Shown here: positions 29,161 through 37,052 of the stretch, one piece after another
Layout: each line of letters begins with the position of its first letter
Numbering within the stretch: the stretch's first letter is position 1
Assembly: GCA_902593945.1 (NCBI GenBank)
Contig: CACJKA010000005.1
Location: 16,643-80,642, forward strand
Source of the DNA: an uncultured Candidatus Poseidoniales archaeon
Lineage (GTDB): Archaea > Thermoplasmatota > Poseidoniia > Poseidoniales > Thalassarchaeaceae
DNA: 64,000 nucleotides
Direction of reading: 5' to 3'
The notes under the pieces: generated by a model
What the model was told of the DNA's origin: nothing
Seen by the model: the letters and a program-made list of their open reading frames with translations, nothing else
Database searches by the model: none
Program-made: the position numbers and the translations under genes

Positions 29161-29916
29161 TTAACTATGTACCGAAACAACTGCAGCCATTAAAGAGTGT
29201 GCATCTCCGCAATATTCAGTGCATAGAATTAGTGAATCACCAACTTCTGTCATTGGCAACCACATGGTAGTTTTTTGATTTTGAAGAACATCTTCTTTGG
29301 TACTTAGTTGTAAGAACCATGGTGCATGAGTAACATCTTCAGATTCCATTACTAGTAAGTATGTTTCACCCGCTTTAAGGCTAATTACAGGTTGCATTCC
29401 ATAACCCTCAACCATTTGACTGGAGACCTCGCATAAGTCCGCACTTAGATTGTAATTTCTCTGACTAAACTCACTATTTACAGAAGGGTTACATTCGAAT
29501 GACCAAAACCACTGTTGGCCAGTCAATTCAATTACATGGTAACATTCAGAATTTACAAATCCAGTATCTTCGTAGAATATATTGTTTGAAGACTGCCCCT
29601 CTAGACATTCATCTCCTCTTGCTTCGCTACCGGGTGCAGCCCAAACATGATCTAATGGCGCCCACGAAATGTAAGTCAAGTAAATAATTAGTAGAAATGG
29701 CAAAACCGTCCAAGCCACTTCTAGTTTCAAATTATCATTATGTTTTGGAAACACACCGACAGTTAAATCATCCACATTATCCGCTTTTTCACCATCATTA
29801 GACCTATATGCAAATGAATGATGATATAGCCAACCGAAAGTAATAACTCCAACTAGTAAAGACCAAAGAATATACTCGTCCCAAAGAACGTCAAACAGAG
29901 GAGATGTCACAGCCAT
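29161..29916 (-). CDS. coxB: cytochrome c oxidase subunit II (CuA)
   Basis: Two N-terminal TM helices and CuA ligand motifs DVTHAPWF and CTEYCGDAHSLM. No fused cytochrome c domain. Confidence 0.9.
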   Translation of the reverse strand: MAVTSPLFDVLWDEYILWSLLVGVITFGWLYHHSFAYRSNDGEKADNVDDLTVGVFPKHNDNLKLEVAWTVLPFLLIIYLTYISWAPLDHVWAAPGSEARGDECLEGQSSNNIFYEDTGFVNSECYHVIELTGQQWFWSFECNPSVNSEFSQRNYNLSADLCEVSSQMVEGYGMQPVISLKAGETYLLVMESEDVTHAPWFLQLSTKEDVLQNQKTTMWLPMTEVGDSLILCTEYCGDAHSLMAAVVSVHS

Positions 29917-30106
29917 GGGTATCTCGTTTCAACGGGAATGAAACCCACTCATAAGTGTCGCGGATAACACACCTTACTAACCTGCTAGAAACAATCTTAA
30001 GAATAACTTCTAAACTAACTTTAACTAGGAATTAATGAAATGCAGCATTGCCTCGTTAAAAACCCTAAATTTACTCTTTCTCCTTTCGTGTTTTCAAGGT
30101 GTTAAT

Positions 30107-30577
30107 ATGGTTCGCAAAAAAAAACTTAGTATTAGGGAAGAAAGATTTTTTCTCGCCGCTAAAGCAATTAAAGAATCAATCAATCGTAATTTACCAATAG
30201 ATCAAGGAGGATTTAATTGCCCTATTCTTGTTGAAGGAATTAATGATGTTAAGTGCCTTAGATTATTAGGATTTTTAGGTATTATTGAAACAGTAAATAA
30301 GGGATGGGATAGATCAAGGATGGTTGCATATTTACATGAAACATATGGTTCGAAATTATCTATGGATGGTTTCCCTAGAATTATTTTATTGATGGACTGG
30401 GACAGGACAGGAGATATTCTTCAAAAATCATTTACAAATCGTTTAAATTCCATGGACATAAAAATAGATCATAGTTTACGAGATGTTCTATCAAAGCAAT
30501 TCAAATCGGAATGTAAAACAGTAGAAGCACTCAGTAGTTTTTCTGACCCATTATTAGATATGATTTCTCAGATTTAG
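30107..30577 (+). CDS. small Toprim-domain protein (archaeal UPF0292-like)
   Basis: PILVEGINDVKCL (Toprim Glu) and LLMDWDRTGD (DxD). I start at ATG 30107 (MVRKKK). The 24-codon hydrophobic extension in the track looks spurious. Confidence 0.65.
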   Translation: MVRKKKLSIREERFFLAAKAIKESINRNLPIDQGGFNCPILVEGINDVKCLRLLGFLGIIETVNKGWDRSRMVAYLHETYGSKLSMDGFPRIILLMDWDRTGDILQKSFTNRLNSMDIKIDHSLRDVLSKQFKSECKTVEALSSFSDPLLDMISQI

Positions 30578-30581
30578 CAAT

Positions 30582-31028
30582 TTACTCCGGTAGTGATGCA
30601 GTACTCTCTTTTACTGTGTTTAATACTAGATGAGTAATTGATCTTTCTACTCCATCAATAGATAGGACATTTTTAGATAAATCATCAAGATCTTTTCTGT
30701 TTTTAGCTCTAGCAATAACCATCGAGTCAAAATCTCCTGTTACGTCATACACTCCGTGAACTCTAGAATCTTTGGCAATTCTTTCTTGAATCTCAATCAA
30801 TCTACCTTTCTGTATCCTTAGCCCAATTACTACATTTAATTCCCAACCTATCTTGTCAGGATCAAGAATAACAGAATAACCTCTAATAATGCCATTTTTT
30901 TCCATTCTTTTTACTCTATTTGATACGGTTCCAAGAGACACATCTACAAGTTCAGAAATTTTTCTCAATGAAGTTCTAGCATCATCTTCTAAAACCTTAA
31001 TTATTTTTTTATCAATATCATCCAACAA
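30582..31028 (-). CDS. Lrp/AsnC family transcriptional regulator
   Basis: LDDIDKKIIKVLEDDARTSLRKISELVDVSLGTVSNRVKRMEKNGII (HTH) followed by an RAM/ACT-like C-terminal domain. TTG start. Confidence 0.9.
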   Translation of the reverse strand: MLDDIDKKIIKVLEDDARTSLRKISELVDVSLGTVSNRVKRMEKNGIIRGYSVILDPDKIGWELNVVIGLRIQKGRLIEIQERIAKDSRVHGVYDVTGDFDSMVIARAKNRKDLDDLSKNVLSIDGVERSITHLVLNTVKESTASLPE

Positions 31029-31110
31029 GTAATCACTTCATGTTGTCTATTGGGGGCAGACTATTGAACATATGCCAGATAATAATGTATTTTCTTATTC
31101 AATTGTATAA

Positions 31111-32766
31111 CTATTCTTCTTCAGTTTTAATTATAATTGGAAGTTTTCTTTTCGCTCTTAGTATTCTCCTTTCTTGTTCAGAAATCATTAGAGATACTCT
31201 TCCTCCAATCCATACAGGCAGACAAATATCTCCATTTTCTTCCACTAGAATGTGCCCTCCTCTTATCTTATTCAATTCAAGACTTATTTCATAAGCTGGA
31301 GGCTCTAATCCAGTCAATAATTTTTCTATAACTTCGCTACTCACAACCGATTTTCCATGTTTGATATTTTGTATCATTCTTGGTGCCGCTTTACCTGCAA
31401 TTCTTTCTAATTTTCTACCTTGTAATTTCGCACTAATGAGTCCTAAGTGTATCACTCTTAGTGGTCTCCATCTTTTTCCCGGAATAAATGTCCGACCACT
31501 TCTTTTACTTCTATCTGATTCCCAAATTTCTTTTGCTTTAGAGGTAGACCAGAGTATACTTTTTCCTCTTATCCAAAGATTTTTCTCTTCCCAACCAAGA
31601 GCATCCAATATCATTTCTTCAATTTCAGAATTTATCGGCTGAGGAAAATTAACCTCATCAGGTTTGACTTTTTCAGCTTCAATAAATCTATCATAATCTA
31701 CATTATTTTCAACATAATCTTTGGATTTATTCAAAACAGCAACAAAAAATCCTCCTGCTTCCACATCATCATTCCAAATTCTTAAACATTTTCTCAATTC
31801 TTTTTTGATACTATTTTTAGTTGGTGCCAACATTGAATCAACACACTCTAAACTTTTTGAAATTCTCCCAGAATCGTCTATTTGGGGCCAATCTGTCATT
31901 CCACTTCTTCCTGGTAAATTGACTAATATATCGGATACAGAAGTCAACGATACTCCATTATCCAATCTTAAAATCTCAGAAATTACTGCTTCATTCTCTA
32001 CCGGATCTAGGGAGCATGTCGAATATACAATTCTTCCACCTGGTTTAGTTAGATTAATTGCTTTAACTAATAATTCCAATTGTAATTTATGCAATGATCT
32101 TCCACCTGATGGTAACCATTTTTTCCAAACATCAGGATTTTTTCTAGTAGTTGCTGAACCTGTGCAGGGGACATCCACAAGTATCTTGTCAAATCCAGTT
32201 TTCGGAACTTTTGGAATAAATCTACCATCATGATGTGTAATCATTGGAGTAATTGAACCGTGCCTCTTAGTATTAGCAACAAGAGTATTAATTCTACTAT
32301 TGGCGATTTCATTTGCCATTACAATCCCTTTTCCTCCTAAATGTTCTGCAATTTGAGTAGTTTTTGACCCTGGACTCGCACACATATCCAGTACTAATTC
32401 ACCAGGCTTTGCATCTAAAGCAATAGCTGGAATCATTGAAACAGCCTCCTGCCTAGTTAATCTTCCAGTTTCATGAAGTGCGGATAAAATAGTTTTCACT
32501 TCTCCTTCCGCTTTGCCTCTTGGGAAAGGCAGAGTCCATGCACTTCCAACACCTGTAAACCATTCAATCTTAGTCGCCCCTATTTCTTGAAGCCAATTTT
32601 CTACCCACTCAATATCTTCTCTAAGGGGATTCACCCTTACAGTTTCATTTAGCCTATCAATAGAGTGTTCAAGCCATTTTTCTGGATCCTCTCTCCAATT
32701 ACTAACTGCCTTCAATAGAACACTATCCGCCGCAATGGTTTCCCATGAGGGCTCGTCTAAGTCCAT
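31111..32766 (-). CDS. NOL1/NOP2/Sun-family RNA cytosine-C5 methyltransferase with C-terminal extension
   Basis: DMCASPGSKTTQIA (SAM motif I), ILVDVPCTGSATTRKNPD (motif IV Cys) and IVYSTCSLDPVENE (motif VI Cys). Confidence 0.88.
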   Translation of the reverse strand: MDLDEPSWETIAADSVLLKAVSNWREDPEKWLEHSIDRLNETVRVNPLREDIEWVENWLQEIGATKIEWFTGVGSAWTLPFPRGKAEGEVKTILSALHETGRLTRQEAVSMIPAIALDAKPGELVLDMCASPGSKTTQIAEHLGGKGIVMANEIANSRINTLVANTKRHGSITPMITHHDGRFIPKVPKTGFDKILVDVPCTGSATTRKNPDVWKKWLPSGGRSLHKLQLELLVKAINLTKPGGRIVYSTCSLDPVENEAVISEILRLDNGVSLTSVSDILVNLPGRSGMTDWPQIDDSGRISKSLECVDSMLAPTKNSIKKELRKCLRIWNDDVEAGGFFVAVLNKSKDYVENNVDYDRFIEAEKVKPDEVNFPQPINSEIEEMILDALGWEEKNLWIRGKSILWSTSKAKEIWESDRSKRSGRTFIPGKRWRPLRVIHLGLISAKLQGRKLERIAGKAAPRMIQNIKHGKSVVSSEVIEKLLTGLEPPAYEISLELNKIRGGHILVEENGDICLPVWIGGRVSLMISEQERRILRAKRKLPIIIKTEEE

Positions 32767-32937
32767 ACTCCGACGGTTAACTAATCACCAATGAATCAAA
32801 CGGATTAGAGTTGTTGATAATTTCTATCTCCGTCAACTTATTTTTATCTGAAAAACCGCCGGTGAAGCTTTTCTTCACCAATAATAGTTATACCTTCAAA
32901 CAAACCCTCACAGGTTGCGGTAGTTTCCGCATTTGGG

Positions 32938-33300
32938 ATGCACATGACTAGACTAAGACGACGTATAGCAAAAGAAACAGGAGAGCCGGTCAGAACTGAC
33001 AAGGGAGGGGCATCAAGAAAATTAGAAGAATTATTACAAAGAGCTAGGATGAATGGTGCCAAACAAGGGCCTCTAGTTCCTGTTGAAGCCCTCATTAATG
33101 TTGAAAGAGATGAATGGATTTGGCAAGTAGTTGACAAAAGAGTTCTTGATGCACTAAGTCATAGATTGATTTTTCAATCAGATAATGGCTCACGCCGTGA
33201 GATATTAATGACTATGGGATTAGAAACTGCAATGGATGCAGCCTCATGTATTGTTGAACTAGATGGCGGTTGTGTTTTAATTGAGACTTTAGACCCTTGA
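32938..33300 (+). CDS. hypothetical protein (120 aa, basic N-terminus)
   Basis: Its composition is more protein-like than the overlapping antisense ORF 32844..33137, which is Cys/Ser-rich. No family recognised. Confidence 0.45.
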   Translation: MHMTRLRRRIAKETGEPVRTDKGGASRKLEELLQRARMNGAKQGPLVPVEALINVERDEWIWQVVDKRVLDALSHRLIFQSDNGSRREILMTMGLETAMDAASCIVELDGGCVLIETLDP

Positions 33301-33386
33301 AAAGACATTTTTCGAAACATTTTTCCTAATTTTGTAGAATCCAATGATTCGCGGCGTTGAAATACTAAATGTAGGTCCGATTGACA

Positions 33387-33578
33387 ATGGCAAAGGAGAA
33401 GAAGGGTAGTGGAATCCAGCAGGCAGCTGGTTTAATTCGTTACTTCGATGAAGAATCTGAGGACGCAATTCAGATATCTAGAGGCATGATTTACTTTGCT
33501 TGTATCTCCTTCTCAGTAACAATTTATCTTGCAAACCATGGTGTTATACATTGGTTAGCTGATACTTTCGGATTTTAA
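33387..33578 (+). CDS. secG: preprotein translocase subunit Sec61beta (archaeal SecG)
   Basis: MAKEKKGSGIQQAAGLIRYFDEE... followed by a single C-terminal TM. The AGL.RYF motif is typical of Sec61beta. I prefer ATG 33387 over the track's TTG 33381. Confidence 0.8.
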   Translation: MAKEKKGSGIQQAAGLIRYFDEESEDAIQISRGMIYFACISFSVTIYLANHGVIHWLADTFGF

Positions 33579-34448
33579 CTATTCAGATTCAGTTAGATCT
33601 ACGAAATCAATTTCATTATTGAGTAAATCATTTGCATTTATGATTTCAGTATTTTCTTGTTGATTTTTTAGCGACTTGGAAACTATATAATCCAATTCTG
33701 ACGACCTCACCTCGGAATCGGGTTTTGCTTCAATTAGCGCAGTAATAGCTCTCCCGAGGGCTCTCTCTACTGCTGGGGCATTTCGATCTAAAAGAGCGGC
33801 TCTAGCATCTTCTAATGCGTTTTTTGCATTCTCCAGCATCATTTTTATTTCTGGATCTGTACCTATCAATAATCTAATCTCATTTTCAACGACATTAATT
33901 TCTTCTTCCATCTCATTTCGGGCATATTTGGACAACTCTCTCCAACATTCACCATGTTCTGCCAAAGATGCATTAGTCATTTTTTCAAACTTCTTAACTC
34001 TACTTGCCTCCCATGGATTTCTTCCTAATGACGCCATTATGTCATGGACACATCTCGCTCTGAGAGATAGTGGACCGATTAGTTCTATTTCATTATAGAA
34101 GCATTTTGCCCAAAGTCCGAAACCCCAATATGACGCACTTTTGATATTAATTTTTAATTCTCCGGCAGATGAACTGAGAACCCATTGTTGCTCGTCATAC
34201 TCCGGTTTTCTAGAGAATTTTGGAGGGTCATGAGGGCCTAATGATCGTAGTGAAACATTTGCAATATCACCAAGAAAAACATTACTTGTTTTACCCTGCC
34301 AACCAATATTTCTGAGATAATTCTCTTCATCAATCCTCATCTCTGGATCTCCAGACATAACTTGAGCGAATAATAAACTACGATTTGGGTCACAACCAAG
34401 AGGTTTTTTTTGACTATCTCCTTCTTCCACGAGTACCCGTAGTGTCAT
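33579..34448 (-). CDS. hypothetical protein (289 aa; helical, acidic C-terminal third)
   Basis: Clean 289-aa ORF with no recognisable motifs. Its stop abuts the secG stop. Confidence 0.6.
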   Translation of the reverse strand: MTLRVLVEEGDSQKKPLGCDPNRSLLFAQVMSGDPEMRIDEENYLRNIGWQGKTSNVFLGDIANVSLRSLGPHDPPKFSRKPEYDEQQWVLSSSAGELKINIKSASYWGFGLWAKCFYNEIELIGPLSLRARCVHDIMASLGRNPWEASRVKKFEKMTNASLAEHGECWRELSKYARNEMEEEINVVENEIRLLIGTDPEIKMMLENAKNALEDARAALLDRNAPAVERALGRAITALIEAKPDSEVRSSELDYIVSKSLKNQQENTEIINANDLLNNEIDFVDLTESE

Positions 34449-34522
34449 TCAAACATCAACCTACTGATTTATCGAGATGTTATGATAACAACTGCTAAGT
34501 TCCGTCAGCCAAAATTAGACTC

Positions 34523-34717
34523 ATGCCAAGGAGGAAGTATGGTCGTCTAGTGAAAACTGTAGAACGACCACCAAATGACAATTGTTCTCGTTGTCGTTCT
34601 GGGAAATATTGTCCAATTCCTGGCCATAAAGGTAACAATGCCATAGCAAATAGAGAATGGCAAGGTCCAGAAAATGTTGACAAAAGAGAAAATAAAAAGA
34701 ATCCTGCTAAAAAATAA
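34523..34717 (+). CDS. small basic protein with C-x2-C-x5-C-x4-H cluster (putative zinc-binding)
   Basis: MPRRKYGRLVKTVERPPNDNCSRCRSGKYCPIPGHKG... with a K-rich tail. Preferred over the antisense ORF 34495..34683. Short, so uncertain. Confidence 0.35.
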   Translation: MPRRKYGRLVKTVERPPNDNCSRCRSGKYCPIPGHKGNNAIANREWQGPENVDKRENKKNPAKK

Positions 34718-35866
34718 TTATTTTATTGAAGGTAAATTTTCAGCAATATCTTCAGTAATTTGTTCACTATCTGATTCTAGATCAGCGATACTAGGCGATG
34801 ATTGTGCTCTGTGATAAATTTCTCTTAATGTTTGATCACCAATTTCTAGATATACTCTCGTTGTTGAAATATTTGCATGTCCAAGAAGTCTTTGTATTGT
34901 TACTAAATCAGCTCCTCTTTCTAGAAGCCCTGTTGCAAAAGAATGTCTCAGAACATGTGGGCTTAATCTTGTTCTAGGTATGTCAGAAGCGTCTGCAATA
35001 CGATCCAACAATTTTTGAACCGAACGCGGATTTAATCTTCGACTTCGACTAGAGAAAAATAACGACCTCATATCTTCTTCTCTAATGCAATTCTTCAGTC
35101 TGGCATTTCTTATTGGTCTCCAAGCATCTAATGCATCTAATGTTGCATTAGTGAAAAGAACGGTCCTATCTTTCTCCCCTTTGCCTCCAATAACCAATGC
35201 CGACAAATCTTCTAAATCTACATCATCTAAATCTAAATTACAGATTTCTGAACATCTTAGTCCAGTATCAAGCATCATTGTAATTATTGGAAAAGCAATA
35301 GGGTCTTCCGATCTAATTGCTGCTAGTCTGACTTTTTGTAAGTCATTTTTCCCTAATGTCCTAGGCAGTGATCTAGATCTGGCAGGCCTTTGAATCCATT
35401 CAGGAATAGCATATCCCATCCATTTCAATAAATGTGTAATTGCTGCAATTCTTGCATTAATTGTTGCAGGTCTCAAATCTCCTATTGTGTTTAACCACGA
35501 ATCAACTCTACCATTGTTGGGATTACTTCTGTTAAATAATTCTGAAACTTGAATCTCTTTTATTTCATCCCAAGATAATATTTCTTCATTTGGTAGTGTT
35601 GTTGTTGTGAATGTCTTCGCTGCAACAACATAGGATCTTATTGTATGTTCACTCTTTTTCTCGGTTTTTAATTGCTGAGTCCAGCATTCATACCAAGGTA
35701 AGAATGCTAGCCTCTGAAGTCTTTGAGGTAGTTTCTTGGTATGAATTAATAATTCTGCACCTTTCAAATTTGACTCATGATTTGAGTCATCAATAACCTC
35801 TGAGATTATTTTTTCTTCATTCTGTTTAGTCAATTCCCTCGCCTCATCGTCGCGAACGACGCGCAT
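34718..35866 (-). CDS. tyrosine recombinase (XerA/XerC/phage-integrase family) with extended N-terminus
   Basis: Catalytic signature TGLRCSE (Arg), HVLRHSFATGLLERGADLVTIQRLLGHANISTTRVYLEI (H-x-x-R, His, Tyr). 382 aa, about 80-90 aa longer than typical XerA. Confidence 0.9.
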   Translation of the reverse strand: MRVVRDDEARELTKQNEEKIISEVIDDSNHESNLKGAELLIHTKKLPQRLQRLAFLPWYECWTQQLKTEKKSEHTIRSYVVAAKTFTTTTLPNEEILSWDEIKEIQVSELFNRSNPNNGRVDSWLNTIGDLRPATINARIAAITHLLKWMGYAIPEWIQRPARSRSLPRTLGKNDLQKVRLAAIRSEDPIAFPIITMMLDTGLRCSEICNLDLDDVDLEDLSALVIGGKGEKDRTVLFTNATLDALDAWRPIRNARLKNCIREEDMRSLFFSSRSRRLNPRSVQKLLDRIADASDIPRTRLSPHVLRHSFATGLLERGADLVTIQRLLGHANISTTRVYLEIGDQTLREIYHRAQSSPSIADLESDSEQITEDIAENLPSIK

Positions 35867-35971
35867 CCCATGTCCCTAAGGACAAAGCCAAGAGTCTCTG
35901 ATTGAACTTGAATGCTTCTCTTATTTTTATTCTCAGATTCCATTTTCTATTGATTATAGCAAGATGCCAAA

Positions 35972-36919
35972 TCATGAATCTGCTTGATATTTCTCATTCA
36001 CATTATTAGATTGATAATCCTGATTTATTGAACCTTCATTCTTTTGCATAAGATAATTCAATCTACTCGAAACCGCACCTGCAACATTAACCTCTGAGGC
36101 CTTTTCGATACCTTCTAATCCAGGGCTAGAATTAACTTCTAAAACAAGTGCTCCTCTATCTGATTCTAATAAATCAACACCTGCAATCTCCAGACCCAAT
36201 ATTCTAGCTGCTTTTATTGCGATTTTTTCAAAATCAGGATCTATGTCTACCTTTTCTACACTTCCTCCAAGGTGGAAATTTGATCGGAATTCATCCCCAT
36301 TCGCTCTTCTTCTCATACACGCGACAACCTTTCCGCCTACTACTAATGCTCGAATGTCTTTTCCATGTGACTCTTCTATGTATTCTTGTACCAAAGGTCT
36401 CATTTCTCTTTCTAACATTTGGTAAACTAATTGACGAGCATGTTGTTCTGTTTTTGCTAGAAAGACCCCTGCCCCATGGGTCCCTTCAGTCGATTTTACT
36501 ACACAAGGAGTCCCACCAACTCTACTAATTGCTCTATTCGTGTCTTCCCAAGATACTACTTGTGCAGTAATAGGGACTGGTATGTTTCCTGAAGACATCA
36601 TTTGACAGGCTATCAGTTTGTCCCTACTCCTAGTTATTCCGTCACTAGAGTTCATTACAATTACACCCATCCTTTCAAACTGTCTAACTATAGGCACACC
36701 TCTTCTTGTTATTGAATATCCAATTCTTGGAATAACCGCCTCGCATTCTACTGGCCATCCTCTATAGAATATTTTTCCTCCCTGTTCATCGACAATCATG
36801 GTTAGAGCTAGAGGGTCCAAGATTCTTACATCCCAACCAGCATTTTCTGCTTCCTCAGAAAGACGTTTTGTAGAGTATAATTTTGGCCCACGAGAGAGTA
36901 TAACTAATCGAGGCCTCAT
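35972..36919 (-). CDS. rimK: RimK-family ATP-grasp alpha-L-glutamate ligase
   Basis: MRPRLVILSRGPKLYSTKRL..., VVKSTEGTHGAGVFLA, GDEFRSNFHLGGS and GVDLLESDRGALVLEVNSSPGLEGIE. I prefer ATG 36919, which aligns with the usual RimK N-terminus. The track's TTG 36991 adds 24 codons. Confidence 0.85.
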   Translation of the reverse strand: MRPRLVILSRGPKLYSTKRLSEEAENAGWDVRILDPLALTMIVDEQGGKIFYRGWPVECEAVIPRIGYSITRRGVPIVRQFERMGVIVMNSSDGITRSRDKLIACQMMSSGNIPVPITAQVVSWEDTNRAISRVGGTPCVVKSTEGTHGAGVFLAKTEQHARQLVYQMLEREMRPLVQEYIEESHGKDIRALVVGGKVVACMRRRANGDEFRSNFHLGGSVEKVDIDPDFEKIAIKAARILGLEIAGVDLLESDRGALVLEVNSSPGLEGIEKASEVNVAGAVSSRLNYLMQKNEGSINQDYQSNNVNEKYQADS

Positions 36920-37052
36920 AATTCGCCGCGAACGCCCGCCCTTCTTGACTTCTTTGGCTGCGGAAATGGTATTTTCGTACTCTAGTGGCAATTCTACAAC
37001 ACAGAAGAAGGAAGGTATTGAAAGACTTGGCTCAACGACAAGTCCTGTTATT

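Noticed and set aside
34495-34683. Minus-strand 62-aa ORF opposite the small CCCH ORF
   Set aside because: Its sequence is hydrophobic and irregular with no start context. The + strand ORF has a more protein-like basic, Cys-cluster composition, although it is itself low-confidence.
34718-35866. Calling the tyrosine recombinase region a mobile element or prophage
   Set aside because: I could see no flanking direct repeats, tRNA-derived att fragment, capsid or replication genes, or compositional break. It is annotated only as a recombinase CDS.
36798-37052. 5' extensions of track ORFs: the SAP-protein gene here, plus parA at 39268-39405, the lipid kinase at 24042-24149 and tuf at 49234-49284
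   Set aside because: Each extension overlaps the neighbouring gene or lacks family similarity. An internal ATG gives the expected family N-terminus, for example MAKPVV/ITVINQKGG-type for ParA and [18 protein letters not shown] for EF-1alpha.
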